Below are positions 15,001-24,019 of a stretch of DNA of 36,381 bases, piece after piece. The position numbers and the translations under genes were made by a program. The stretch lies in the IMG/VR virus record IMGVR_UViG_3300032116_000646, positions 1 through 36,381 of that record; one strand, written 5' to 3'. Positions within the stretch are counted from its first letter, which is position 1. Each line of letters opens with the position of its first letter. Under the pieces are notes generated by a model that saw nothing but the letters and a program-made list of their open reading frames with translations, had not been told where the DNA came from and searched no databases. The DNA comes from a virus (lineage: Duplodnaviria; Caudoviricetes).

Positions 15001-18000
15001 TGCCCGTCCTCGATCACGGAGCGCTTGACGGTCTCCGTGAGGGGGAACAGCGTGAAGCCGTTTCCGGCCATGCCTTTTGACGGGGTTTCGAGCGCATCGA
15101 CCGGCATCGGCTTGGCCGCGTCCTTGTCGATCTTTTCGAGGATTTTTCGCAGGTTTTTCGGAACAATGCCCTCGACGCCGCGCGAACCGTAGAACTGCCG
15201 CATCCCGTTCTCATCGCCGGGATTGTAGCTCAGCACGGTATCGCCATGCGGAACGGCAATGTAATCCGCATCGGCTTCTGCGGCCTGACGGATGGCACGG
15301 CGAAGAGTCGTGGTTGTCCATTGGTCAGTGGTGTTAACCAGGGGATTGCCGGGAGTGGCGGCTTCGGCGGTGCGAAGCTCTGCACGAAGCATGTTCACGG
15401 TTGGCTCGTACATTTCATTTAGGCTGCGCCGCTTAAGTCGAAGCTCAGACGCTAACTCGCGTTGAGCTTCCGTTGGCACATGACCGTCTTTTGCCAGTTC
15501 TTGTATTGCATCCCACTGATTGGCAAATTTACGCCCGCCGTTGTGACCGTTCGGGTAAACTTCCTTGACCAATCTGGTTGCCTCGGCGTCAAGCTGCTGA
15601 AGTTCCTTGTCTGAAACCCATCGATTTTCTTGGGCCTTTATGCGTTGCTTGAGATCAGCAATCTTCGCCTCGTCTCTGACTCCTCCATCCCTGAGCTTCT
15701 GGCCCCAATCTGATTGAATCTGGTCGATGGTAAAGACAGGACGGCCCTCGTGCCGAGTCATGCTCGTCATCATGTGGCCAATGATGTTGGGCTCGGGGAA
15801 GTGACCGGTGTGAAAATCGTTAGGATGACGAATTTGACCCCGTTCGCCAATCCGCCTAAAGGCTTCGCGAGCCGTGGCCTCGTCCGGTCGCTGGCTTCCG
15901 ATCGGACCCTTCCACCATTCTTCAAAAGTTGGCTCCGTCTTCGGCAGATGGATCACCGTCTCCCTGTAGGTTGGGTTGGAGGGGTCGAGGGAGTATTGCT
16001 GCCATTTCACGCCTCGTCGTCCATCTCCATCCTCGGGGTGGTAGACATCACTCAGCAAGGCGTCCCGGTCATTCTGCGACAGTTCATCGAAGGGCCTGCC
16101 GTACTCGTCCATCGCGTACTCGTCTAGGAGATCACGCGAAATCTCACCGCCTTTCGTTACCTCCTTCAGTCCGACTCTATTCTCCTCCAGATGCTTGATG
16201 ATCTGGTCGCGGGTGACGGACTTGGAGTCTGACAGGACAGACTTGAGCCCCGTCATCTCGATCTCGGCATCCTTGACGCCGGCTTTCTTCAACTGCGCCA
16301 GCATTTGTTCTGGCGTGCCTTTGGCTTGGCTCAGGTTGCGAGCCGCTTCCAAGGCTTTGGAATAATACCCGAGGCTGTCCAGATCACGACGCATGGAGCG
16401 GCCGGTCTCGATGTCCTGCTGGACGGCGAACATGATGTTGGACGAGCCGGATTGAGAAGGATCGAAATCAGCATTGACGCTGCGGATGTTGGACGGGTCG
16501 AAGATTGCGTAATGCGTAGCCGGCCTGTTGTTCAAGGCTACGTCGTCCGCAAGATTTGTCAGCTTGACGCCATCATATCCGCCCGTCTTCGCTTCCCGCA
16601 GAAGTTGGCTGATCTCCCGTGCTACATCTGTATATTCAGCACCGCCGAAATCACGCTCCAACAACCGGCCGCGAACATATAACGGGTAAACGCTTTGACC
16701 CACGCCGCCTTCACGTTCCAACTCATCGGCGCGCCCAACTGCTTCGTCTTGCTTATCCCACCATTTGCTGTTGCCGCCTTCTTTCTGCGCCAGCCGTTCA
16801 AAGGTATCCGCCTTTGCCAGCATGTCGCGAACAGGCTTTTGAGACGCATACTCTGCATATCCGGCGGCAGTGCGCGGGTCATCGACCAGCCACGCGGCTT
16901 GGCTTGCGCCGCTTGCCTTAGTTGAACTGCCGAATTGTTTCTTATCAAACGCCGTGAAGTTCTGGCTTGTCCCGTGATAGAGCACCTTGCTCGTATCAAA
17001 CCCCATCGCCTCGGCTCTGGCCTTACGGGCTTCAGGACTCATGTCCAGCGCTGGTTTCACCGCAAACGCCGTCACATCCTCTTGCGCCATGACCTGCTGC
17101 ACGGCACGCCGCTTCGCCATCTCTCCCGATAGCACGGCTTCTATGACGTCATCCGCCGTTTGGAACCCGTAGCCCGAGAGCTTGTTGCGCAGACGTTCGA
17201 AGAACTGCAACACCCGGTCAAGGATGCCGTTGATCTCGCGGCCGAAGTCGGTGCCGTTCTTGCGGGCTTCAACGAGATGAGCCGCCGCCTCTTCCTCAAT
17301 GGCTTTGGCCGGGTCGGAGCGGTTGGCGTAGGCTTCGCGATAGGTTGCCTGTAGCTTTTGCGGGAAAACATCGCCTTTTTCGGCGGCTGTCTTAGCCAGC
17401 AGCTCGACTTCCTTATCAGTTAGAAGCTTCAGTGACCGAAGCGCATGCACTGCTTCATGGGTCAGCCGCCCGGCCGGATCGACGGCATGACGCGCGAGAT
17501 AAACCGCAGCCGTCTGGGGATCGAAAAACGCATCGACCCGGCCCGGCGCATTGCGCACGGCAGCAGCCAGGCGCGGCCCGAGTTCATCGGGATCGTCAAA
17601 CACCCGCACCCCAACCCCTTCGGGCAGGATGCCGCGCATCTCCGCTATGGCGTCGTCAATGGCGGCGTCGAGTTGGGCGAGCTTGAAGAAGGGATCTCCG
17701 TCCGTGCTTTTCGTGCTGCTTCCAAGCGGTCCGCGATCGCGCGCACCCGCTCCAACAAGCTCCGAGCGTCGGAAGTGATTGTGGATTGCGGCCTCGTTTT
17801 TGAGTCCTGCGATGCCGAGTCGGTCAAGCTGCTCCTCCATGTCGCGGAACGCGCGCCAGTCTTCCAGTAGCGCATCATCGCCCAATCGTATCACGGGCTC
17901 GACGTTGATGTCCCGCGACAGGGCATCAAGAAATTCGTTGATCGACGGGCGTTCGGCAAAAAATCCCGCCTCATACGCTTTCAAGGCCGCATCATCGAGC

Positions 18001-20051
18001 GTCATGCCCTTGGCGGAAATCAGTTGCCGGTTCTTGCCGCCAAGGATGCTGGTGATTTCTCCGCCCTGATCCTGCAATCGGCCGGCGCTCATGATCCACG
18101 ATTGCAACCCCTGCGGCCGGGGCGGGCGTTTTTCATCCTGAACAATGCGCCACATCGAAATGATGTCTTCGACTTCGCTCTGGCTCATCTCGTCGCCAGA
18201 CTCAGGGTCGCGATAAACCGGAACATCATCGGCATCGGTGCGCGCCGCGACCGACTTCGCCAGTTCTTCCTCGGTATCCTTGACGCGCGCCTTGGCCTCA
18301 TCAAGCTCCTTCAGCAGCGCGGCCTTTTCTTCGCCTTCCGCCGCCTTTAGCGCAATGTTGATATCGTCAATCTTGTCTCTGTAATCCTCGATCCGGTCCT
18401 CGGTGCGCGCGACGAACTCTTCCCGCACGACATCGGGAGACTTCGGCGCCAACGGCAGATCCGGCTGAGGCCCATCACCGCCACCGCCCGGCCCATCGTC
18501 GCCGTCATCCCCGCCCTTCGGCTTCTGGGCCTTCTGCTCAAGCTCCGCAATCTTTGCCTCGATCTCCGCCGCTTCGCGCTCGGCGCCCGCTTGCCCTCGC
18601 TTCAGGTAGTCAACCAGCGTATTGATGAATCGCGGGTACTGCTTCAGGATCGTGTCAACGTCATAGACGCGCGTCAGATAGTTCTCGGGCAGCATCGCAT
18701 CTTCCGGCAATAGGCCGTGCTTCTGCGCCATAGCCTTCAGCGGATCGAACAACTCCTTGCGCATCGCCTTAGCCGCTTGCGCCACGAACTTGTTGTCGTG
18801 CACGTCGCCCGCGCGCATGGCCCGGCCAACCTCTTCCTTGAACTCTTTGAAGGTCAAGGCTGCGCGATCGCCCATCATCCGTTTGAGGCCAGCCCGTAAG
18901 GGGGCCGCCGTCGCGCCCTTGTCACCGAAGCGATATTCGGCATAGGCCTCATCCATCGCGCGCACCGCACGATACAGCCTGGCCTCGCCTTGCGTCTTAA
19001 TCACGGTTTCGACCGAGCCCCCGCGCGGTCCTGTCGGAATACCTTGCTCGTTCTGCTTCAGCGCCAGCGGGCTTTCCACGAGACGGTGCAGCGCATCCCG
19101 TGCGGTGCCGAGCGAGGAATACGCGACGCGCGTCAACGGCGACGTTGCCGACAGCGCTTCGCCAATGCCGGCAGTTCCAGCCACCTTGTTCTCGGCAATC
19201 TCCACGGCTTTCGCACCCGCCGACGTGCCCATGCCGCTACCGGTCTCCGGCTCGATCCTGGTGGTCACATCCGCCAGTCGTTCGGCCCGCAGCCGTTCCG
19301 CCGCCTGCATGCCACCCGGACCAAGCGGGTCCAGCGCCGGGTCGACCGGCATGCGCAGGTCCGCTTCCATGCGCTCGCCAAGGCGCGCAATGCTCCGCCC
19401 CTTATACTGGGCAATGCCCGCACCCAGCAGGCTCCCGAGCACCGTAGCGCCGCCGACAGCCAGCAGGCTTTCATTGAGCGTCCGCGTGGCCTGCATCTGG
19501 TGCAGCGCCGCTTCCTGAATGGCCGCACCGCCCGCCGCTTCGGCGCCAACCCTGGCACCTTTTCGCAGAGTTTCCTCGACCAGACGCAGCCCGCGTGCGC
19601 CGCGTGTCACCAATCCTGGCCCTGACAGCAAGGTCGACGGCGACGCAATGCTTGCCACGCCCGAGGCCAGAAACCCTTTCCACCCGGCTTCGTCGAGGAT
19701 TTTCGTGTTTTCCAGCTCTCGGCGCAAGCGAGCAATCAGGTAGTCGGTTTCCTTGTCGTTGCGGCTGGTCAGAAAATAGTCCGCGTAAGGCTCCAAATCG
19801 GTGCCGCCGATCCTGTCCCACGGGTTGTGATCGGGATCACGGTCGCCGAACTGTTGCGCGCGGTGCTCCAGCGTTGCGCGCAACGCGCCGATCTCGTTCT
19901 CACGCTCGAAGGCCGCGCCCCATAGACGCCTGTCCGTGAAGCCTGCCGGGTTGGCGGGCGGCTCGGGCGCATCCGGCGTGCTCTTGAACTTGTCCGGGTG
20001 GCCAATGGGCTGGAACCCCGTCAAGCTCAAGTCGTCATCAAGAAATGGCAT
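12033..20051 (-). CDS. Giant internal virion/DNA-ejection protein (gp16 position), polyvalent: zincin-like HExxH, ART-like and other cargo domains (2672 aa)
   Basis: Position after two ejection genes. Helical core with membrane-like segments and C-terminal QFKSF/RRLIPYQNLFY. HEAVH at 17445-17459, YHGT...YA...GYDG at ~16425-17050. Confidence 0.88.
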   Translation of the reverse strand: MPFLDDDLSLTGFQPIGHPDKFKSTPDAPEPPANPAGFTDRRLWGAAFERENEIGALRATLEHRAQQFGDRDPDHNPWDRIGGTDLEPYADYFLTSRNDKETDYLIARLRRELENTKILDEAGWKGFLASGVASIASPSTLLSGPGLVTRGARGLRLVEETLRKGARVGAEAAGGAAIQEAALHQMQATRTLNESLLAVGGATVLGSLLGAGIAQYKGRSIARLGERMEADLRMPVDPALDPLGPGGMQAAERLRAERLADVTTRIEPETGSGMGTSAGAKAVEIAENKVAGTAGIGEALSATSPLTRVAYSSLGTARDALHRLVESPLALKQNEQGIPTGPRGGSVETVIKTQGEARLYRAVRAMDEAYAEYRFGDKGATAAPLRAGLKRMMGDRAALTFKEFKEEVGRAMRAGDVHDNKFVAQAAKAMRKELFDPLKAMAQKHGLLPEDAMLPENYLTRVYDVDTILKQYPRFINTLVDYLKRGQAGAEREAAEIEAKIAELEQKAQKPKGGDDGDDGPGGGGDGPQPDLPLAPKSPDVVREEFVARTEDRIEDYRDKIDDINIALKAAEGEEKAALLKELDEAKARVKDTEEELAKSVAARTDADDVPVYRDPESGDEMSQSEVEDIISMWRIVQDEKRPPRPQGLQSWIMSAGRLQDQGGEITSILGGKNRQLISAKGMTLDDAALKAYEAGFFAERPSINEFLDALSRDINVEPVIRLGDDALLEDWRAFRDMEEQLDRLGIAGLKNEAAIHNHFRRSELVGAGARDRGPLGSSTKSTDGDPFFKLAQLDAAIDDAIAEMRGILPEGVGVRVFDDPDELGPRLAAAVRNAPGRVDAFFDPQTAAVYLARHAVDPAGRLTHEAVHALRSLKLLTDKEVELLAKTAAEKGDVFPQKLQATYREAYANRSDPAKAIEEEAAAHLVEARKNGTDFGREINGILDRVLQFFERLRNKLSGYGFQTADDVIEAVLSGEMAKRRAVQQVMAQEDVTAFAVKPALDMSPEARKARAEAMGFDTSKVLYHGTSQNFTAFDKKQFGSSTKASGASQAAWLVDDPRTAAGYAEYASQKPVRDMLAKADTFERLAQKEGGNSKWWDKQDEAVGRADELEREGGVGQSVYPLYVRGRLLERDFGGAEYTDVAREISQLLREAKTGGYDGVKLTNLADDVALNNRPATHYAIFDPSNIRSVNADFDPSQSGSSNIMFAVQQDIETGRSMRRDLDSLGYYSKALEAARNLSQAKGTPEQMLAQLKKAGVKDAEIEMTGLKSVLSDSKSVTRDQIIKHLEENRVGLKEVTKGGEISRDLLDEYAMDEYGRPFDELSQNDRDALLSDVYHPEDGDGRRGVKWQQYSLDPSNPTYRETVIHLPKTEPTFEEWWKGPIGSQRPDEATAREAFRRIGERGQIRHPNDFHTGHFPEPNIIGHMMTSMTRHEGRPVFTIDQIQSDWGQKLRDGGVRDEAKIADLKQRIKAQENRWVSDKELQQLDAEATRLVKEVYPNGHNGGRKFANQWDAIQELAKDGHVPTEAQRELASELRLKRRSLNEMYEPTVNMLRAELRTAEAATPGNPLVNTTDQWTTTTLRRAIRQAAEADADYIAVPHGDTVLSYNPGDENGMRQFYGSRGVEGIVPKNLRKILEKIDKDAAKPMPVDALETPSKGMAGNGFTLFPLTETVKRSVIEDGQPMFAMRAEPAPDLPPALQPVANEIRRGMAQLPRAVRNAIARSELDQAQAFETLATTALRTTARKGTVHAEDMADIKALGLVTDDEWRAMSKRAEKLRPIYRTDAAHQARFEAKFGPDATEQVEEALTREAMAQMMREGRAGASFSPDIDGAMTRTWGLLDQVGYRLRQSGIRTDEQLASTLRPAPQAAAPTPQIDPAAATGELQGILAPYLDALRNLAPERGLPDFSMVMDEAGRVVGATDTAPNIKFTRDADGMLSGVEYQGRAYSIDRDAMGNIRGLLTAAQKAVADQEAEVRVAASRALEGLGLPGAQARAVVDQAIDVLKASPDMVEQLQDVVARALSGDGPRFALADAEKGGAEKPKKPKTPKQEINELRAKLVELRKFADMSDYELKQIAQDAASKITRSPAGRVIDPHSPLTGRDPMRQLGGPLQERTLKIPDEEIMDFLDHDVERLARYYTRSVAPDVALMREFGDLELSETKMKIQDEANALKRRVLQDAKMSEAEFTRLGETATEARKLMRTGRSAEVTPDMKAAIEKIEGLEAEHLAIQKMADRDMRDLQAMSDRLRHAYALPEDASGRIPRLARMVKSINYLRLMGGMTISAIPDLARHVMVNGIGNNLDGMVQALANFKAVRKSMEEVKLAGTAADMVLDSRALGIADMMDNFGAHSKFERGIEALQGNYGIVSLMAPWNAAAKQWAGFIVQTNILRAARDVSDGKALSKGMTTRMAKSGLDPEIMQRIWTQFMQHGEIEGKVMIANTDAWTDDIARNSYRAAIVGDVDRIIVSPGQEKPLWMSTQTGSIIGQFKSFGLVSVQRVTLAAIQQRDAGVYVGAMMAVALGVAVEYLKALAFDKELPKSTEQLIYAGVGNSGLTGWLYDADHLMYRASRGTIGVQRLVGAKEPISRYKSQNVSSALAGPSAGALQDILQAFGGAASGDIRQSDLRAMRRLIPYQNLFYLGKIIRNVEDQIIEQFDLPKMKPRVGGALG

Positions 20052-20069
20052 GCGGATGGATTGCCCTTG

Positions 20070-23000
20070 TTATTGCGGGATCTTGTTTGCGCCGCGACGG
20101 CCAACGGATTCGGGTCTGCGTTCCATCGATTTCTTGAGCGCTTCCCGTTCCTTCTCCGCTTGTTTCTCGGCGGCGGCCTTCGCTTCAGCCTCAAGCTTTT
20201 CAACGGTGGGATCGCCACGGCGCTGGATGGACTTCTCGGGCGGCATAAGTTCTTTGTTGACGCCTTGGCCGGAGTTGTCGCGGCGCCAGCTCGGCACCGT
20301 CAATTCTTCCTGCTGCTGCTTGCGTTGCGCCGGGCGCTCGGCTTCTTTCTGCTCTTTGCGAATTTCGGCTTCCACCGCAGGACCGCGACGGTCAATGAAG
20401 CCTTGCGCCTTCATCATTCTTTGCGTTGACAGTTCCGGCCACCAGCGCTTTGGCCGGCCGTTTTCCCCAAGCACAAACTCCGGGATGCCGTTCTTGTTCA
20501 CATATTGCACGATATACGTCGGCATGCCCGTTTGCGCGACATTCCGCTTTGTAGTGTCGTCGGCAATGAGCCGCACCGTGGACTCATCAAGCGCGGGCAC
20601 GGGCGTCGGCAAACCGGCCTCCGGCGTCGGCCCTTCGGTGCGGCCGGCAAAGCGGTGCAATTGCGCCCGAACGTCATCCACCATTTGCCGTCGTATCTCG
20701 GCCGAGTCGATGCCATTGGGGCCGCCGAAAAACCTTTCCGGCGGCAACGGCATCAGATCGCCGGCAATCTTCGACCCGTTGGTGTAAGTCGTGCCATACA
20801 GCGCCTTGATCTTTTGGGTGGCGAATTTCTTGGCCACGTCCTTATCGCCCCACTGGATAAAAGCGTTTTCTGCAATCTTCTTGTACTCGTAGAATAGTTC
20901 ATCCTTCACGCCACGATACTCGCCCTCGGCGTTGGGCTCGAAAGAAGCCCACCCCGGATCGAATGCCTTGTCCTTGATGTCATCGAAGCTCAAGGCATCC
21001 GAAAAGGTCTTGAGGTCTTTCTTGCGGAACTCGACTTTCTTTTCCCATTCCGGGGTGGCCATCTCCGCCATCTTGGCCAGCGCTTCGCTCGGCTCATAGG
21101 CTTGGCCGCGCAACGCGGCATAGAGTTGCGCCCGCTCCACCAGCTTGGCTTGCCCGTCGTGCTGGTCGAGAATGTTGGGATTGCTGTCGATCAGGTTGTT
21201 GATGGCCGTGAGGCCCAGCGTTTGCTTCTTCGGATCTTTGGAATTAACGAGACCCCGCAGCGCTTGGTAGACCGAGTCCGGTGCAGCGTTGAGCTTTTGA
21301 ACCATCACGATGCCTTGGTTCAGAGCCTCGGGATTGCCGGCGAACATCTTCTCCCCGAGGTCGGTCCCGTCGAAAATTGTGTTCAGCGCTTTCTTGTGGT
21401 CCTTGTCGTAAGGATTGAATGGCACTGTGCCCTGAAGTGCGCCGGAAATGAACGCATGGGTTGCCTCGGCTTCCCGCTTTTTTGTGATGACCGCATCGAG
21501 CTTCTTCTGTTTCGTCTCAAAGTCGCGCATCAGGTAATCTTGCGTGGTGCGCGAGAATCCGGCCGGGGCAACAGTCTGCCCGCTGGCATCGGCCACACGC
21601 ACGACGCCCGGAATGGCGTTGGCTTCGCGGGGTGCGCCGGTATCGTTGGCAGGTGTGCGGCCCGCTGTAATGCCGCGCTGCGACACTGGAACAGGCTCAG
21701 ACGGGGCGGCAACAGCCATCCGGCCACCGCCTTGATACATCTGCTGGCCCTTGGCGTATTGCCCACCATACCGCTTTCCGCCTTCTCTGGCCTCAAGCGG
21801 CTCGATGTGCCAATCTTCATGCCCCAGCGGAAAATGCAGGCCGTATTTTTTTGCGTTGGCATGTGCCCACGCAACCGCCGCCGTCTTGGAACCGCCTAGA
21901 CCACCGCCGCGATCGCCATATTGCAGATCGACCGCTTCACCCGATTGATGTGTGCTCCCGCCCGGCGGTGCCACCCACTTACGGGCTTCGGCCTCCGATC
22001 CATATTTTTGAACAGCCGCCCGCCATAGTTCCGCTTGTCGCGCCTTGTCACGATGGCCAGACAGCACCCGAATATCGTGGCCGGCATCCTCGGCCGCAGC
22101 CATAAACGCCGCCAGTCTGTCCTGCATGACCGGATGCAGATTGGCGACATCATTCTTGCGGCTCTCATAGCCTTTGGCAAGTTTGGCGGTCAGGTATTCG
22201 GTCGGACTCGCGGGACGAACGCCACCCGCCTGTTGCCGGCTTCCGCCACCCAACAGCGTCGCGAAGTGGGCTTCCATGTCCCGGATGGAGGTCGATCCAA
22301 GCGCCCGCGCCTGCTTGGTCGTGGTGGCTGGCACCGTATCATCGCCCCGTGCCAAAGCCGCCTTGAACCCGTCTCCATTGGGCGAGAATTGGAAGGCTTG
22401 CAGAATGGCAGCTTGGCGCGCGACCGGCAGCTTGGCCATGTCGATGCCGTGCTTCTTCATCTGGTCAGCGAATTTGTAGTGATCAAGCCACGCCCCATAA
22501 ACCGCAATCTGCTGGTCTGGCGTCGCATTGCGATATTGTTCATAGGTCAGACCGCCGAGCTTGCCACCCGCTTCCTTGAACGTCGCCTCCCCAATTTGCG
22601 TCAGGCCGTTGTAGGTGCCTGTCGATTGGCGCGGATTCCAAGCGGATTCGACTTGAACAACGGCTGCAATCGCCGCCGGGTCGACGCCGATGCCCGAGGC
22701 CACGGAACTTACTGCTTTGACCGTCTCAGGTGTTGCATCCCTGGGGATCAGAGAGGCCCCCGGCCCGACCGGCGCTTGCTGCGCCTCCTTCAGATAGGAC
22801 TTGGCCCGTTCTTCCCATTGTTTTTTGGTGGCCTCGATCTGGTCGGCCGTCAGATCCTTGCTGGCCTTGTTCAGCCAGGTCTCGAACGCGAGATCAGCCG
22901 CTTTCTTGCGCAGCGCGTTTTGATGCTCGATGCTGAGGCCCGGCGCGGCCTTGATCGCACTTTCCGCAATCTCGATTGACTGGTCGAGTGATGCGGGGTC

Positions 23001-23510
23001 TGCCGTAACCACGGACACGGCGCCACTGATGTTCCGATCCGCAAGGCCGATCTGGTGCTGAGTGACGAACGACTGCTGGCCGTTCAGAGCGCGCGGAGCA
23101 TAGCGGTTGCGCAGCGAACTCACGTCATACGGTGCACGGTGCTCGTACTTGGTGCCCTTCCAGCGCTCGGCCCATTGCGCCCCACGCTCGCTAAACCCGT
23201 TCGCCCATTCGTCGGCAAACCGCTCCCCGTTGCCGCCGGTCTGAGGATAATTATACAGATCCTCATCAAGCCTTTTGTGCTCCTGCATCGCAAAGTCGTT
23301 TTGAGCGGTCAGGTATTCGTACTCGGCCCGCTTGTCGGCTTCCCGATTGGCCTCGGCCTCAAACGACCCGAACGCATCGCCCAACGACGCAATGCCCCGG
23401 CCAAGCGCCTGCATGGCGCGGCCCGGAGCTTCATAGCCATCACCCGTCGAAAACGGTTGCGGACGCGGCTCGTAATTGACTGTCTGCTCAGTCACCGGGA
23501 TCTTAGGAAT
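20070..23510 (-). CDS. Internal virion/ejection protein with SLT-like transglycosylase and M15 (VanY-like) peptidase domains
   Basis: AAVVQVESAWNP...GLTQ (SLT) and SGHR...STH..GEAVD...EDWH (M15). First canonical start is GTG 23495; ATT 23510 is proposed. Confidence 0.85.
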   Translation of the reverse strand: MPKIPVTEQTVNYEPRPQPFSTGDGYEAPGRAMQALGRGIASLGDAFGSFEAEANREADKRAEYEYLTAQNDFAMQEHKRLDEDLYNYPQTGGNGERFADEWANGFSERGAQWAERWKGTKYEHRAPYDVSSLRNRYAPRALNGQQSFVTQHQIGLADRNISGAVSVVTADPASLDQSIEIAESAIKAAPGLSIEHQNALRKKAADLAFETWLNKASKDLTADQIEATKKQWEERAKSYLKEAQQAPVGPGASLIPRDATPETVKAVSSVASGIGVDPAAIAAVVQVESAWNPRQSTGTYNGLTQIGEATFKEAGGKLGGLTYEQYRNATPDQQIAVYGAWLDHYKFADQMKKHGIDMAKLPVARQAAILQAFQFSPNGDGFKAALARGDDTVPATTTKQARALGSTSIRDMEAHFATLLGGGSRQQAGGVRPASPTEYLTAKLAKGYESRKNDVANLHPVMQDRLAAFMAAAEDAGHDIRVLSGHRDKARQAELWRAAVQKYGSEAEARKWVAPPGGSTHQSGEAVDLQYGDRGGGLGGSKTAAVAWAHANAKKYGLHFPLGHEDWHIEPLEAREGGKRYGGQYAKGQQMYQGGGRMAVAAPSEPVPVSQRGITAGRTPANDTGAPREANAIPGVVRVADASGQTVAPAGFSRTTQDYLMRDFETKQKKLDAVITKKREAEATHAFISGALQGTVPFNPYDKDHKKALNTIFDGTDLGEKMFAGNPEALNQGIVMVQKLNAAPDSVYQALRGLVNSKDPKKQTLGLTAINNLIDSNPNILDQHDGQAKLVERAQLYAALRGQAYEPSEALAKMAEMATPEWEKKVEFRKKDLKTFSDALSFDDIKDKAFDPGWASFEPNAEGEYRGVKDELFYEYKKIAENAFIQWGDKDVAKKFATQKIKALYGTTYTNGSKIAGDLMPLPPERFFGGPNGIDSAEIRRQMVDDVRAQLHRFAGRTEGPTPEAGLPTPVPALDESTVRLIADDTTKRNVAQTGMPTYIVQYVNKNGIPEFVLGENGRPKRWWPELSTQRMMKAQGFIDRRGPAVEAEIRKEQKEAERPAQRKQQQEELTVPSWRRDNSGQGVNKELMPPEKSIQRRGDPTVEKLEAEAKAAAEKQAEKEREALKKSMERRPESVGRRGANKIPQ

Positions 23511-23522
23511 GACAGCCCCCGC

Positions 23523-24014
23523 TTATGCGTTGATCTTCAGTGCGCCGCCACTACCGCCGAAACCCTTGATGGTCCCGGCAATGCCACTCAGGAACGTACC
23601 CGCCGCCGCGATCTTGCCCGCCTGCCGCGTCGATGCCGCTTGCGCTTCGAGATCCTTGGCCTTGTTCTCGTTGCCGACCGCCGCGCTCTCCGCGTTGACA
23701 TACGCGGTGCCCTGATCCATCACGCGGTCCTGCCAATTGGACCCGAAGATGGTCAATGCCGCGCTGCCATACGTCGGGTCGACGCCACCCTTGGCCGCGT
23801 TGGCAATGCCGGTGCCTTCAATCTTGTCGTACTTGAACCCAAGCTTTTCCTGCTCGACGGCACCCTGCATGCGGTTCTGGCGCGCGTTGATCTTGGAGAC
23901 AATAGCATTATTTTCCATCTGAGCCGCTTGGGCGTCTGCTTGCTGCTTCGCCCCCATGGCACTCACCATGGACCCAGCCAGTCCCGCAATTGCGCCGACG
24001 GCCATCATGCACAT
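23523..24014 (-). CDS. Small internal virion/ejection protein (gp14-like, 163 aa)
   Basis: MC-start, Gly/Ala-rich hydrophobic ends, A..GVD...GSA motif. Position after the nozzle gene. Confidence 0.8.
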   Translation of the reverse strand: MCMMAVGAIAGLAGSMVSAMGAKQQADAQAAQMENNAIVSKINARQNRMQGAVEQEKLGFKYDKIEGTGIANAAKGGVDPTYGSAALTIFGSNWQDRVMDQGTAYVNAESAAVGNENKAKDLEAQAASTRQAGKIAAAGTFLSGIAGTIKGFGGSGGALKINA

Positions 24015-24019
24015 TCAAA

